Positions 39,050 to 52,697 are shown, numbered from the whole stretch's first letter. The stretch: 63,615 nt of DNA, filler included, from Phoronis australis (GCA_002633005.1; 6 parts of 6 records of this genome joined end to end with filler, not necessarily neighbours in it); one strand, 5' to 3'. The notes: generated by a model not told the origin, from the sequence alone. Numbers and translations are program-made.

Positions 39050-39780
39050 GGTTACCTGGTGGGTTGATCTAGTTCAACTCAGGTATTTGGGCGTTTCTAG
39101 CGGGTATAACTAACACTAGATTTGTCTGGCAGTATTTACTCTTGATACCTGAACTTACGGCGAATATTTTTGAAACTGGTATCGTGTCGTTTTCTCTTGG
39201 GTTGATTTAGCTCAGTTCATTTATCTGGGCGCCTCTGGCGAGGCTAACCCACCACTAGGTTTGTCTGGCAGTGTTTATTCGTGATACCTGGGCTTACTGT
39301 GAATATTTTGGAACTGGTTTTAAGTGGTTACCTTTTGGGTTGATCTAGCTCAATTTCTAAGCCTTTTTGATAATCGCCTGCCAGGGGCACCCCGCCGCTG
39401 AAATTGTTGGGCATCTAGCTATTGTGCCATGTACAGTGATGCTGAACATCGCACAATTGGTTTCAAAAGGTTACCTGGTGGGTTGATCTAGCTCAACACG
39501 GTAGTTGGGCGTGTCTAGCTGCGCTAACCAACAACTAGATTTGTCTGGTTGTGTCCATTCGTGAAAACAGGGCTCACGGGTGAATATTTTGCACCTAGTT
39601 TCATGCGGTTATCGCTTGGATTAATCTAGCTCATTTTTTTACTTTGTTTATAACCGCCTGGCTGATACTCCCCGCCACTAAAAGTGTCTGGCAGTGATCA
39701 ATTTTGATACAGTGGATTACGTAGTGGATATCCAAGGCAGTATGAAGCGGTTACCAGAGAAGTTGATCTAGCTCAATTTT
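39050..39780. repeat. Diverged tandem repeat, about 138-143 bp unit, 5-6 copies
   Basis: GGGTTGATCTAGCTCAA-like core recurs at 39061, 39199, 39337, 39480, 39618 and about 39760. Confidence 0.85.
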
Positions 39781-41443
39781 GATTGTCATTCTCTTGGCTC
39801 TCCTGACCACACCCACCAGAGCGAACATTCCAGACGGCCATTTCCAAGGGTCCGGATACCCACAGAACACCGTGGTTTCAAAGCAAATTGGTTACCATTT
39901 CATGCCCAAAAGCTTTGGGATCCCAGTCAATTAGACACCCCGGATGAAGTATCATAAGTCACTCGGTGTACTGTTATCTACCGTGGACGTAGAACTCGCT
40001 AAATTCGGAGACAAAAACACGAATTTCTTTCGATGTACATCTATGCTGGTTGCTCTCATGGTCGCTACGGTGACTGTTTATACTTAACGGGTGACATGAA
40101 CTTTGCTGCCTTATGTCACTATTGTGTTCCAAAAATCATGTAGCACCTGACAACAGGACTGTGGACGTGAAGTACCAACCTGGAGCGTCTCAATTCCTTT
40201 GCATAAAAGGATACTATACTTACCACTGCGTTTGCCATTTAGTAAGATACAATTTAAGCGGAACGTTTGAGAACATATAATGCACATATCGAAGCTGTCG
40301 CAAGTCAAACGTTGCAAATATCATGGGGTGAAAAGGTGATGGTGTGTTGAGTATTATCTTCTTCTTTTCCTTCACCAAATGTCGGCAATTTGATCTCCTG
40401 GATCGGGGCATGAAACCAAGCCATATTGAACAAAGTTCGAATTATTTTGGATTCTTATAATCTTTGTCTACTCATATGGAATTACATGTACGATGTCCCA
40501 GCTCTTTTGTGGTATGCATGTACGGTATATTTCCTACGTCAATTCCTGTTGTGAGATTCCAGTCTCTTCAAGGACCACGTGATACGCCTTATACACAACA
40601 ATTAGGCGGCTTTTTCGTGACTTTTAATAAAATACCTACATGTAAAAAGCAGCATGGGAAGTTCCATTTGTTGGCATAATATCAGGAATACACTCACAAA
40701 AATCTGGCCGTGCACTCTTTGCGTAAAACTGTTTACAAATAAAAACAAAGATCAGTGGGACAGTTAGTATCAGTCGTGTTAAGGGTTTTAAAGCAGTGAC
40801 CTGTTTCTGTAATGAGGCATGCCTTCTGTGATATAAAAATACAATCTCTGAGGCCTGTCCCTGTCGGCTTGTGGCACGCACTTGCACAGCAAACGCGTAC
40901 ATGTAAATAAAATCAGTCGCAAAACTTAATTAATTACCACTTGATGTATTTACAATACACGCTTGATGTGTTGGATTGTGTTTGCCAGTCCAGTGCAAAC
41001 AACAAATAGTTTGCGAGTAACTATCTGGAGAAAAAGCGGGCTACCGACCACAAAACCATCGTCATGGCTAAAGAACACATAAATTGCCCATTTGAATTGA
41101 TTAGCCTGTGTAATTTTAGTTGAATTTCAAGCAAAGCTCTTTGAATGGCGCTTGCTTTTTCTTCTAGGCATGTTGACCTATACCCCTTTGAGTAATGTGG
41201 GAGAGATGCATATTTGTTTGCTTAGCATACATAGGCATGTGGTCTTTCCATAAGCCGGGAACTACTTACAATCATATATCTGACGTAATTTGCAAATGTG
41301 AAATTGAAATGTACATGGTGCTCAAACTTATACTATAGCTCTCAATTAACGATTGCTATGTAAGCCCCAGGATAACTGTTGTTTATATAATCATTAACAT
41401 GACTTATTACTATAATACTGATAACTAATCACTATTGATATAG

Positions 41444-41622
41444 CAACGCCATTCTGCCTGACGTTCTCGTACTATATGCACCTTCCCAACCACGATCTAC
41501 TCGGCCTTTCCCTCGTGAACAGCAAAGGATACGCAGAGAATGCCTTATGGTTAACGATGGCACCCGAAGGAAACGGATGGGTTAAGAAAAGTTTCTATGT
41601 GAACCGAAATGACATCATTCAG
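41444..41622 (+). CDS. MAM-domain protein, exon F
   Basis: gatatag/...gtatga; TPFCLTFSYYMHLPNHDLLGLSLV...LWLTMAPEGNGWVKKSFYV; phase 1 to 0, paralogous to exon C. Confidence 0.85.
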
Positions 41623-42219
41623 GTATGATTTATTTAATAGTTTTGCTGCTTACTTTGTAGAGATGTTTGTAAAGAACACATGTTTTGCGTTAATAATCCA
41701 CTTTTCAGCTTGATACGCAGCAGTGTGGACTTGAAATCCGTTTATGAGCTCTTGACGGTTAATAAAAGGAGCAAAAGCTAAATTATTTACTTCACCAATG
41801 ACTATTATTTTTCATAAATGACAGTATTTTTTATTTTTAAAGCCAGGGCTGTTACAAAAACGTGAAAAATAACGAAATGTATTAATCACCCATGGTCTAA
41901 TTGACTGATTATTTAACTTCTCGATCAACTGATTAACCCGCAATTTAAAGTAAAATAAAAAATAAACCAACGGGTGAAGGAGACAAAACATAAGTGACCG
42001 AGGAAACCAGCAAGTACGTAGATCCAGCATTCAATTTAATATGATTTTTACTTGATAAATATAAATAATTCAGAATATGGACCCCTCGTTGTGATAGGGG
42101 AGAATTTTCTTGGGCAATTTTTCAAAATTATGCATCACTATACATAAATTGGACTTTTGGTGCAGTTTGAATTTTCTATAAAGTTCGGATGCAGTGACAT
42201 TTTCAAAACTGTGATTAAT

Positions 42220-42940
42220 TAACTTCTTAAACCACATACCCCCACTTCCGGTCAAGAATTTCATGTTTGATAGAAATTTGGGAACGTCTATCGTGTAGCT
42301 TTCACAAATCCTGTGGGCGGCTTGTTACGCTTTACATGTACTTTGGTTACATTGTTACACCTTTAGGGAGTTCAAAACAAATGCACTAAGTTATCCAGCA
42401 AGTAAGGATTGGTGACACCCCGACTTGTAAGCTGTTATATCGTAAAGACAAAGGAACTCTATGTTAAATCGGAAAAACACCAATATTATAAATGTAGAGG
42501 TACTGTAACTTTAAGGAACTGTTATTTACTGTCCAACATTCTAGAATGAAAACATGATAATTGTATTGAGAAGTAAGACATGAGGATAGAAAACAGAAAA
42601 CCTGGCCCTATGCCAAAAACATCGGTTGAATTTTCACCGCAGCATACACAAGCGCCCGCCAGCGTTTTTGTTCAAACAGGACCCGTAACACCCAAAAGCC
42701 AACGATAAAGCGGTTTGCATTTTATCGGGTATAAGTTAGAGGGCCACAACAACCCATGTATTTTAACGTTAGGGAAACTCATCTGTACGTAGGTCAGGAT
42801 TTACCATTTACAATTGCGCAACAAACATTCGGAAACAGAAGGTCACATCTTTCTGTGATAGACTGTAACAATAATTATAACCCTAACATGTGTGGTTGGT
42901 AAACTCCTAACGTGTAGTTGATGGGTTGTCGAAATTGGCC
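42220..42940 (+). other. Copy A of an unidentified decayed coding-like repeat
   Basis: Aligns by eye with about 47000-47500 and 47790-47885; boundaries approximate. Confidence 0.55.
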
Positions 42941-45900
42941 TTAAGACTGGAGCCGAAACGATATCAGAGCAAACTGTAACGAAACAGGAAAGCTAACAAA
43001 GTTGTTGCTCTCATAGGGGGCTGCTGTCAACATTGGCTTATCAGTAAATCGTGTTTCAGACATCTGACGATGTGATATACATTGACCTTGAGGTCTGCGC
43101 CTTTTCCAAAATAACATGTCAGTTGTGTTGCACGTCAATGATGAAGACATAAAAGCGTAGTGTAAATCTAAATGAAAGCGGAACTTGGAAAACCCATTGA
43201 AACAAAACACGTCTTTACACAGACTCATTACTGCACTATTATATGCACTTCTCGCATGGTAACGGTCAGCAGATACAAAATTCTTATGATCCCGAAAACA
43301 ACCCATTTGATAATGCTCTCATTCTGCTGGCTTCTAATCAAACGCACTTGCCAAGAGTAACTGTATAAATTATTTGTTGTGGAAGTTTGAGCAGAACTGG
43401 GCTCATCATTGGCAATTCGAACAATTCAGTGGTACATGGTTGTTGGACCTTGCTTCCCTACATCAACCGAGAAAAGTGTTGTCCCTGGCCGCCGTTGACA
43501 TTACGAAAGTTGATGCAAGCTCCTATTGCGTTGTGCAGGACAATAGCATTGGAGCCGTCTTCCCACAAATATAATAGTGGCTGAGGTAAATTTAAATGAC
43601 AATGATTAGTCCAGTCATTCTAGGGCTTCACTTGACATCTTCAAACACTCCTTGGTGTCATAAAAAGTCTAACGATCTCGAAATGGAGTAAGTAGATTTG
43701 TCGAGAAAGCGGAGAAACAATACTGAAAACGCCAGAGAAGTGGGGAGGACAATTCTCTGTGGAGGGGTCGAGAGCGAACAAGTTCATATTCATATAGTAA
43801 AAAGACAAGGTTTTGGCAATGAGAAGTCCATCAATTCTTGTTGCCAATATTGATTTTACACAAGTGGGTCCACAACTGCTATTTCAGGGGTTACTGACAG
43901 AAGCAAAAGACAACACTGAAAGTTCATCATGCCTTTTGAAGGTTGAGCTGCGTGTTAGTCCTTTCGCTCATTTAGACACATTTGATCTTCTCAGAGTACC
44001 TAATTAATCAATATTAGCTGATGCACTATGATTAAGTTGTAGACTCTTTTAACGTGCTTAGCTTCTTTACATGATTCGTGAAAAGTTAGTGTTGAGTAAT
44101 CCTTTCGCGAACTGAATGCGAAAAAAATTGGCCCGAAAGTGGCGACGTGTTCTTATTTGTTGACAACAGTTTCTAGCAAATGGGTGTTTACGTTTTTGCG
44201 TTCATTAAGAATGGTTGGCCTTTGAGACATGCCATTGTCAAAATGCTAAGACGCCTGGCGATTAACAAAACACAGACTGACATCAGACTTCTGAAAACTT
44301 GTTCTGTAGAATACAGTATAAACTGGAGTTATTTGTAATGGAGCAATATTGGTCTCTTTAATTGGCTTGGACATCCGTCAAAATTGTATCCATGTGTATG
44401 AAACACGGAATATTCGAGGTGTCCTGTTTAACAGTAATAAAACTTTTGGGATAGGTTACGCAACTGTCTATACGTTTTTGTTCAGAGTTAAAATATCCAC
44501 ACAAAGTCCCCCACTATGTGCATTAGTCTTACGTTTCATCATCGCCAAATAGTCCATATGCACTCTACTGGGTTCTTCATACATGTACATGTACATGTAA
44601 TTGTACTGCAGATTCAAGGACGTAAATGTCTGTGTCATAGGCGGGCTGCATGTACGTTCCTCACCATTGTTTGCAGTGAGGAAAAGGCAACCTTAAAAAC
44701 AGAGTCGCCTCTAACGTTTACCTTTAGTCCACAACAAGGTCATAGTCCCATAATGTAAATGTGGATGCTCTATACATTTGTGAACAAAACATTGCTATTC
44801 GTTTTAAAACAATATTTTGTCGTATCAAACGTTTACTTTCATCCCGCAACAAGGGCGTAGTCTGATACTTTAAATGTGGATGCCATATAGATTTGTGAAC
44901 AGACCAGTGCTATTCGATGTAAATCAATATTTTTTTCCCTGGTTTCATTCTGGCTGGGTCAAGCATAGCCCTGCTTGGCAGCAAGCATGTGGATTGCAAG
45001 AGATATTGCAATGTTTCTCGTTCAGTATGTGGTATCAATAGATTATTACATAACACTTCTCCAAAATCCACCCGGGCTCTAGAATACAGGGGATAACTAC
45101 TTTGCGATGCAATAATCTATATTTATATCATATACAGCTTAATGCAGTTGTGCAATAACCGAGTCACGTGACCATAAAAAGAACAATCGCGTCGGCTGCA
45201 AATTATAACTACTTTCTGCGGCTAGTCAACCACGGTTTAGGTTTCATAAAGTACACGAATTTATGTTCACGATACATTAGAAAATCTTAGCAAACGTAAT
45301 GCACTGGAGAGCACTTGGAAAATGAACCTGCAAGTTGTCCTCACAATAAGCGAGCATCGTGTCTAACTCCGCCTTCGTTGTAACTGCTTCCGCAAACTCG
45401 CCCGTTTAAGACAGCTTGTAAACAAAGCCATTTTCTACTTTCCTTGCATGCATTCCTTGCGGTGTAAAAACTGCTTTAGCAATATCTAATCAAACTCATT
45501 CAAAAACTGTCTGAAATATGGCACAGCATTGATCAATCAAACAGGATTTGTCTGCCTTCAAGCCGGAACGGAAAACGAAACAAAAAACGAATCAATTTAG
45601 GTCAAATTAACCATGGCAGTATTTCGATTGACGGCAATGAACTGAAAATTGAAACCAATTGATAATACATGGAATCTATCAAATAAAACCAAAACAGGGA
45701 AGCAAGTGTTTATGATAAAATCTCAAAGATCTTCTGCATATACACCAGGCACTAGCCACCAAAATGGAAGCTGTTTTTCGGTATTGTTGTATTGCTACAC
45801 GTTTTGTCCAAAGAGGAAGATCGAAAGTATGCAATCTCAGCCATCTGGATTGTACTTGCACAGGTCACCATCCTTGGCTAATAACAAGCTCATATAAAAT

Positions 45901-45969
45901 GCTTGTATTTACCACATGTGTAAATTTGGTGCCATTGCGTTCTGTTATGCACGTTCATTTTTGTTTCAG

Positions 45970-46056
45970 ATATCGTTCTTCGACTATAAATTTGTGCCCT
46001 GTTCATGTGGCGTTGCTCTCGACGACATCCAAATCCGCTCGGGGTCATGCCAGTGA
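45970..46056 (+). CDS. MAM-domain protein, terminal exon G
   Basis: tgtttcag/ISFFDYKFVPCSCGVALDDIQIRSGSCQ*; phase 0; canonical MAM end (ALDDI....G.C). Confidence 0.88.
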   Translation: MSFFDYKFVPCSCGVALDDIQIRSGSCQ

Positions 46057-46214
46057 GAAATCTCACCACTCAGCAGCGGATTGCACGACACTGAGAAGAA
46101 AATATTGGCATTAATTCTCTTTAGATTAATGTTGTTCTTTCGAATTTTCCAATGTCATGGATGTTTTGTGTCCCAATTGTATCTCACTTCACACTATTAG
46201 ACAGATCCTTAAAT

Positions 46215-46220
46215 AATAAA
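46215..46220 (+). terminator. Candidate polyadenylation signal of the MAM gene
   Basis: AATAAA about 160 nt after the stop codon. Confidence 0.45.
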
Positions 46221-46539
46221 TGCATAATGTGTTACCTGTCCTCAGCCCGTTTATCCAAATGACAGAAAAATGTAGAGTTCAGTAACTCTGGGACTTTTGT
46301 AGGACCTCGCTAGAAAAACAAACTTAGCGAGATTGAGAGAGATATTTCTGGTAGGTTAAAATAGAACAGGTGGTTATAGCTAGATTTTTGTAGCTGTGAG
46401 ACCGTTATTGGAGTCCACCCGGTTTCGAACTTTTCGAGAACCAGTTTGTTTCACCATAAGAAACGACACACAAACATCTCCGTCACTGTCCGTTCATGTT
46501 CGGTTACCTACAGCATACACAGATGTACAGTACGAACCG

Positions 46540-48010
46540 CATAAACCCGATTTTAAGCTCGGACTACGCATCGGAGTGTTGAACAATCTGGTGACAACGA
46601 CCACCTCAAAGTACCGTAAAAAGGCTTTAAAAGGAACATTGGGTTGATAAGAAATTAAGCAACAATTTTTTATTAGATTTGCACCTTTATCCGCCATTTT
46701 GATTTTGTTGCGTGAGCAGTGCATCACCTATGTAAATTCAAGCTTATTTGATGTGTGTGAGGGATGCTCCAGAAAGCGTAGTTCGGATTGAGTATCGCAA
46801 ACCAAATATGGAAAAAAACTCCCCAATGGGTACACGTAAAAGTACCGCTATTGAAGCACCATTTTTTACGAGCACACAGAGTGTGTCTAGTAAAACTTAA
46901 CCCATCCAAGAAAGTACACCTAAGACAGCGTCTGTTTTTGGAACGGACACTCCCGTGTTACTTTAAATGTATAGTGGTTTCGCCTTAGTGGGCGGTCTCT
47001 AGAAAATAATAGCACCCAGAGGAAACCCGCAGGGTTATTTAAAGCGACTGTTCCATAATTGTCAACATTCGAGAAGCAAAAAAACGGAACAAACTTGCTT
47101 GAGAAATGGGACACCAAGTTAAAAAGCAAGATGCCTGGATATATGCCAAAAAGCAAAGGTTTAAGATTCGCCCCAACATACAGAAGCGCCATTCACCGTC
47201 ATTTTGTTTAAGAGTAACCGAAAAAATTAAAATGATCTCACCAAGGTGTTTTGAATTCTTTAAACCTGTGGGAATTCGGGTCCCGCAAAAGCCCGTGGGA
47301 CATCCCGTTGTTCTTCGAGTGTTAGATCAGCTCCGTTAAACATAGGGTCTGAACTACATTTCATTTACAATTGCACAACCAACACTCGGAAACTAAATGT
47401 CACCTCCTTCCGTGAAATATTTGAATAACATTTAACTCCCAAAATGTCTTGTTGATAAACCCCTAAGGTGTAGTTGGGTGGGTTACCACATTTTGCTCTA
47501 ATACGGAAGGTGGAAAGATGTCAGAGGTCAAACTATTCCAGACATCCAGCCAGCGCCATACGTGGGCGAATGCAAAATTGAATAATGGAACCGATGGGTC
47601 TTCTGACGACTCGCTGGTTGTAAGTACAGGTTTCTCAATAGATATATTTGAAAACTTCAATATGAGAAAACAGGCAGATGAAAACGAAGCCATGAAACTT
47701 GGCTTGATTTGAAAACGACAGCACTAGATCAAAACTGAATCGAGCAGAAAACGACAAATTCATTGGGAGAGGATTGTGGGACATTCTGGCGGCAACCACC
47801 GACCCAAAAGTATCCGGCAAGATGTTTTAAAAGCAGCATATGGTTCATGTTTACATATGTGACCGACTCTCATTGAATTTCCACTTTTTTCGTCTAATGT
47901 ATATATCGATTCCGTTGCATGAGCTTGGCCATATCTATGTACATGTAAATACGGACACATTTTTTAGTGTGGCGGATGCTCCACAGAGGGTAGACCGGAT
48001 TGAGTACAAC
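46540..48010 (+). other. Copies B (about 46540-47500) and C (about 47750-48010) of the unidentified decayed coding-like repeat
   Basis: GGATGCTCCA...CGGATTGAGTA at 46762 and 47974 (DAP..V.RIEY); CATTTACAATTGC.CAAC.AACA.TCGGAAAC at 42805 and 47362. Confidence 0.55.
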
Positions 48011-49298
48011 TAATTAAATATAGAAGAACTTGCAGCAATGATTATAGAGCTGATCGAAAATAACTTACTGCTGAGGGCACTTAAGGCTCAGTCAGATCTT
48101 GGGGAATCCTTAACCAGAGTGTGTCGAGTCTTACGATCTGTAACGCTAGGACCCCGCTGAAAGCAAGTCTTAGCGAGATAACGTGAGATAACCCGTGGAA
48201 TTTTGAATGAGGTCACATGACTTTGGCTAGATTTTGGGTAGGTCCTAGCGTTACTGAATGTACGACACGGTTCGTCTGAACGCGCTCTGAACTCGGTTGG
48301 GTTGAGAACGACATACAGCAGGAATGGCACAGGCTGGGCCTCGAATAGGCTGCAGTTAGTGGGCGTTTAATGTCTGCGGTCATTTCTGTATATGTTACCA
48401 CATACTGTGCCAGCACTCCAGCATCAACTTTATGGTAAGTTTAGTCAGGGTTGTGCATTTTATGTCGATACAAGTAGCCTATTCATTTGTATCCATTGTA
48501 CATGTAGCTTCCGGCACCATTTCTACAGTTGTACCATGCGGTATACAACTGCTTGCACATTTTGCTTTACAAAATTTCCAGTGTCTCAGAATAATCGGAT
48601 TTGTTGCATGTTAATAATTTTGACCGACAGCACTTTTAATAATCATTTAATGCCATAAGGGCTTAAAACATAACGAGAAAGTTGCCTGGTCTCATAATAT
48701 GAGTGCTACGGCTTGGCCCTTGTTTTGTAAGAGCACGCTTCAGCTTACCTGTTCTCCAATTGGTAAATACGGTGCTGTAACTGAGATCTTACTCCCGTAG
48801 GATATGTCCTATCCGCATGTATTTAAATGCTAGCCCGGCATTTAATGAATTCATACATGTTGAACATATTTCACTGGCTGTATCTGTCACGTTCAACCTT
48901 GCACTGGACAGGTAAGATTTGTTTCATTTGACTTTTTAATATAACCTCAATAGGCGTGGGATCCCTATAGTCATAGCTAGGTCCTCGGCCAAGTGCCATG
49001 CTGAGCGCTGTAGTAAACACGGCACTGTTTACGTCGATATCTATGGTTAAATAGTCAAACCCGTGTTATCATCTAGGTGAGTCGAGTTGCGAATGGGTAG
49101 AAATCTGAAAGTTTGTGCAAATTTCGATCTATGACACCAATGCTGCACCCTGTGAGGAGTTACTGCGAATGCTAAGATGGTTACCAACGGACGTTTCCTC
49201 CGTCGCACATGTACCTCAAGAATGGTGGGTCGTAGCAAAATACTGATAAAACAGCTATGATAAAATTTGATAAGCTGTATATCACGGGTGAGAAACAA

Positions 49299-49426
49299 CA
49301 TGACCGCCGGTCCTCTAAACAGGACCTCCGGGGATCAAATGGGACCGCCGCACCAGAAAATGGGACTGACGCACCCAAAAACATGACCGCCCCACCACAA
49401 AACAGGACCGCCGGGGACTAAAACCG
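49299..49426. repeat. About 20-bp periodic GACCGCC array, probably subterminal repeats of a DNA transposon
   Basis: Six GGACCGCC/TGACCGCC-like cores at 20-21 bp spacing. Confidence 0.55.
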
Positions 49427-49620
49427 CAACAACTAACAGGCTAAGATTTATTACCGTTAGGCCTACACAGATCATACAATGGGGCTATATACGTATGCAT
49501 ATGCAGGTCTTGTGCCGATTAATCCACCGAAATCTTTTGTGAGCAACAAAGGACACTTCGCTTTGTAATACGCGGCGCTTTTGAGTTTTACTCATCACCA
49601 GGCTCCCGGCTGCGGTATGT

Positions 49621-49720
49621 NNNNNNNNNNNNNNNNNNNNNNNNNNNNNNNNNNNNNNNNNNNNTTAATTAATTAANNNNNNNNNNNNNNNNNNNNNNNN
49701 NNNNNNNNNNNNNNNNNNNN
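49621..49720. other. Artificial assembly spacer
   Basis: N44-TTAATTAATTAA-N44. Confidence 0.98.
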
Positions 49721-49909
49721 AGCACAAAACAAAAGTAGAATAGAACAGATTCGCACGGTAAAGTCAACGCAAAACCAAGTGGCGGGAAACGCTTGCCTCC
49801 TAAAACGTCACTTCCGGAGTAGCTGACGAGTAATTTATAAAATTACGAAAAGCTGTAATTAAGTGGAAAATATGTCTAGGATAACCAACCAACCTTATTT
49901 TAGCTCAAA

Positions 49910-50490
49910 ATGACATGGAAAAAGGTTGCCTTAGCCTTTAAACGTTATACGGCATACCACCCACAATGCACGTATGAGCAGTTTAAAGCAGAACTCACGT
50001 TACGTTTTGCCTCTACCACAGACAAAAGTTTAGCGTTCGGTCGATTAAAATACATTAAGCAACGATCAAACGAAAGCGTGCAAATGTATGGCGAAAGCTG
50101 TTATCGGCGGTGCGCGAACCATTCGACGATCAGGCAGCACTGGAAGTTCTACAAGAACAATTATTACGGGTTTTTTGTGGATGGGCTCCGGGACGCGAGA
50201 ATAAGAGAGCACGCCTTACGTTCAGGTCCAACAACTTTCAGGGACGCCCTTAAAAGTCGCTCTCCAAGAAATACACCTATAGACGCAAATCAATTTAAAA
50301 CCGGGAGATAACAGAGAAATTAGTCCTAAGGACGACAAAATATCCCCTTCTCAAAGATGCAGACTTTCAACAGAACGAACCATAGAACAATTGGGACTGT
50401 CGGGCGACAAGAACTGTCAACGTCCTAGACAAAGAACCAATCAGGTGTTTCTTTTGCAAAACCCCTTGTCACATGAAAAGTGACTGTTTC
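49910..50490 (+). pseudogene. gag: Ty3/Gypsy Gag relic (different family from the other two)
   Basis: TYEQFKAELTLRFA...LKYIKQRSNESVQMYGE...FVDGLRD...GPTTFRDAL; knuckle CFFCKTPCHMKSDC at 50446-50487. Confidence 0.85.
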
Positions 50491-52697
50491 AGTTTTAAAA
50501 GATTTTTGGCAGCCCAAACAGGGCAGTTTCCCAACCTCGACAAGTGTCCCCTCGGGTGAGCAATCAGGAGAGCTTGGCTCAGGAGCAGGGTAGGAAGAAA
50601 AAGACTGGGAGCGGAAAAACACCGGAGGATGAGGTCACCAGTCAGAATTCAAAGAACGCCAATCTGAAAAATCTTTGTATTGCCAAAAGCATGGCTCCGG
50701 AGAACGGGTGGAGCCGGAATGAGAGGATCTTAACCCCCGGCATACATGTAGTAGGTGAACAAGAAGGAAGTCAATAATCAGCCACTCGACAAGACTGACC
50801 AAACTGGATAATACAGGCAGCCAAATAGAGAGAGTGAAGAATGTTAACTCAAGTAGTGGTAGCCAGCAGAATGGCAAGTTGCGGCGACGAGAAGAACCTC
50901 GACAGGACTCGCCAGGCGGTCGGCATGTACAGGCAAACAACAAGGGTAGAGTGGAGTGTGACACGAGCGTGCAGACGCCAGTCAAATCTACATCGGCGAC
51001 GGTAACCATGTCAGAAAACAAGGAGAATGGTGGCTCGCTCAAGAGTACGGACAGCTCGCCCCAGAGTGGAGACAGCGCTGGCGTACCGGCACCCAATAAA
51101 AGCCGGCGAAATCAAAGGGGCAAAACTTCAGAAGACATACAGTAGGTGAAATCTTTCTACCTAAACAAGACTTGGATCTTGAATGGGGAGATGGATGAAT
51201 TTGAAAAAGAACTCGAGTAGTTCAAGAGGTTCTGCTTCGATTCTCAGCCAACACAACAACGTACTAAGCTGGCCATTAATGTGAATGTCAAGGACGTGCT
51301 CCTGAAGAAGAAAGTGCCGACCTCTGTTGGCTGTGATTAGATCTGCTTTACCACTCTTTTGGGAAGCGCAGTACATTGACCGACAGGTGTGATGGACTTG
51401 TGGGAGTTGCCTGGGTGCGTGACCAGCGAGTGCCACAGAAACGTTCCAAGAAAGCCTGTTTACTGCACTCTTGGAAAGGAAACGTGTGAGCAAGTACAAT
51501 ATCCAATTGCTGGGGGATTTTTGACCTGTAGCTTATATTGCATGAGCATGTCTGGATAGGGCTGCATGAAATTTTAAAACTCATTCATTGGATAGTGATT
51601 GCTGCAATGTGGTCAAGTGCACTCAACATTAACAACGTAAGGCGATAATGTGATGTCATTGTAGCTATATAGTGTTATAACTGTTATGCAACCGAGTTCT
51701 GGTTACGCTGGGATCTCAGGCCACGGCCGAGTGGAATCGTATGATCTTGCGTGGCATATCAGATAAATTGCGGGCTGATGAATGAATAGTATACATGATT
51801 GTTGTTCATCAGCTGCTCAGTGGTGGCTGAAGTCTCGTGGTACTCACTGATTTTCTTGTCTCCAGGCAACTAAACTTGGTTGATTTGCTATGGGCTGTGT
51901 AGAAATTGGGAGTAGTGCTAAATGGTGTTGAGTGGTGGTTCCAGCTTCAGGGAGTCATTTTTGGGTCATCTGACTTATCTGTTATAAAGTGGGATCCAGG
52001 GAAAATTTTATAGAAATTTCATCCGTTTTCAGTGATTTGACGGGTTCTAAGTTCTAGTCCTCTGCCTGTATGGAAAGTCTGCTTGAATGAAAACCTTTGC
52101 TATTATTTAGTGGATTCCATCTTTGAAATCAAAGTTGGATGTATTTCTTTGGCTGAAGAAAAATATAAGTGGTGAGAGAGCGATATGATGTGAGTTCTAA
52201 CAATGTAGTGTTTACAGATTGTCTTTCAATTGTTCTGATCATGGTAAAGACATTTGTTCAGCAGTTGCTCGACCCGCTCATTTGCATTGACAATGCTGCT
52301 GGGTTGACAAACTTGCGAATTAGCAAGTTTTATATGATGGGTTGGTGTGCTCTAAACTCTAATACCAAAGTACCGGTGATTAATTTTTGTGGTCTCTCAA
52401 AGCTGTGGCTTCAGTTGAGGATTTTTTATATGCCTGTATTATGGCGACTGTGTGATGCATTCTGTATGAAAGGTTGAACTACAGTAACGGACTGTGGAGA
52501 TGTTTATGTTTGAATTTGAAATGACTGAGTTGCATGCAAGAACGTTGTACATGTACCCCTTGTGAGGAAATTCTGAGTTCCCAGAATCTGGAGCAAATGA
52601 CAGTAATAAAATAAGTTTGACGACGGAAAAACTTGGAAACTATGATTACAACAAAATCGAAATTCCATTTCCCTCGACCCCCAATTATAAAAACCCG

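Noticed and set aside
39050-39780. CRISPR-like array
   Set aside because: The intervening sequences are homologous to each other, the context is eukaryotic, and there are no cas genes.
40563-40660. Alternative MAM2 middle exon SLQGPRDTPYTQQLGGFF...
   Set aside because: Phase-compatible, but has weaker splice sites and is too short; 37928-38027 preferred, though not proven.
49823-49866. Hammerhead-like CTGACGA-stem-GAAA
   Set aside because: Stem II is good, but stems I and III do not pair next to the core.
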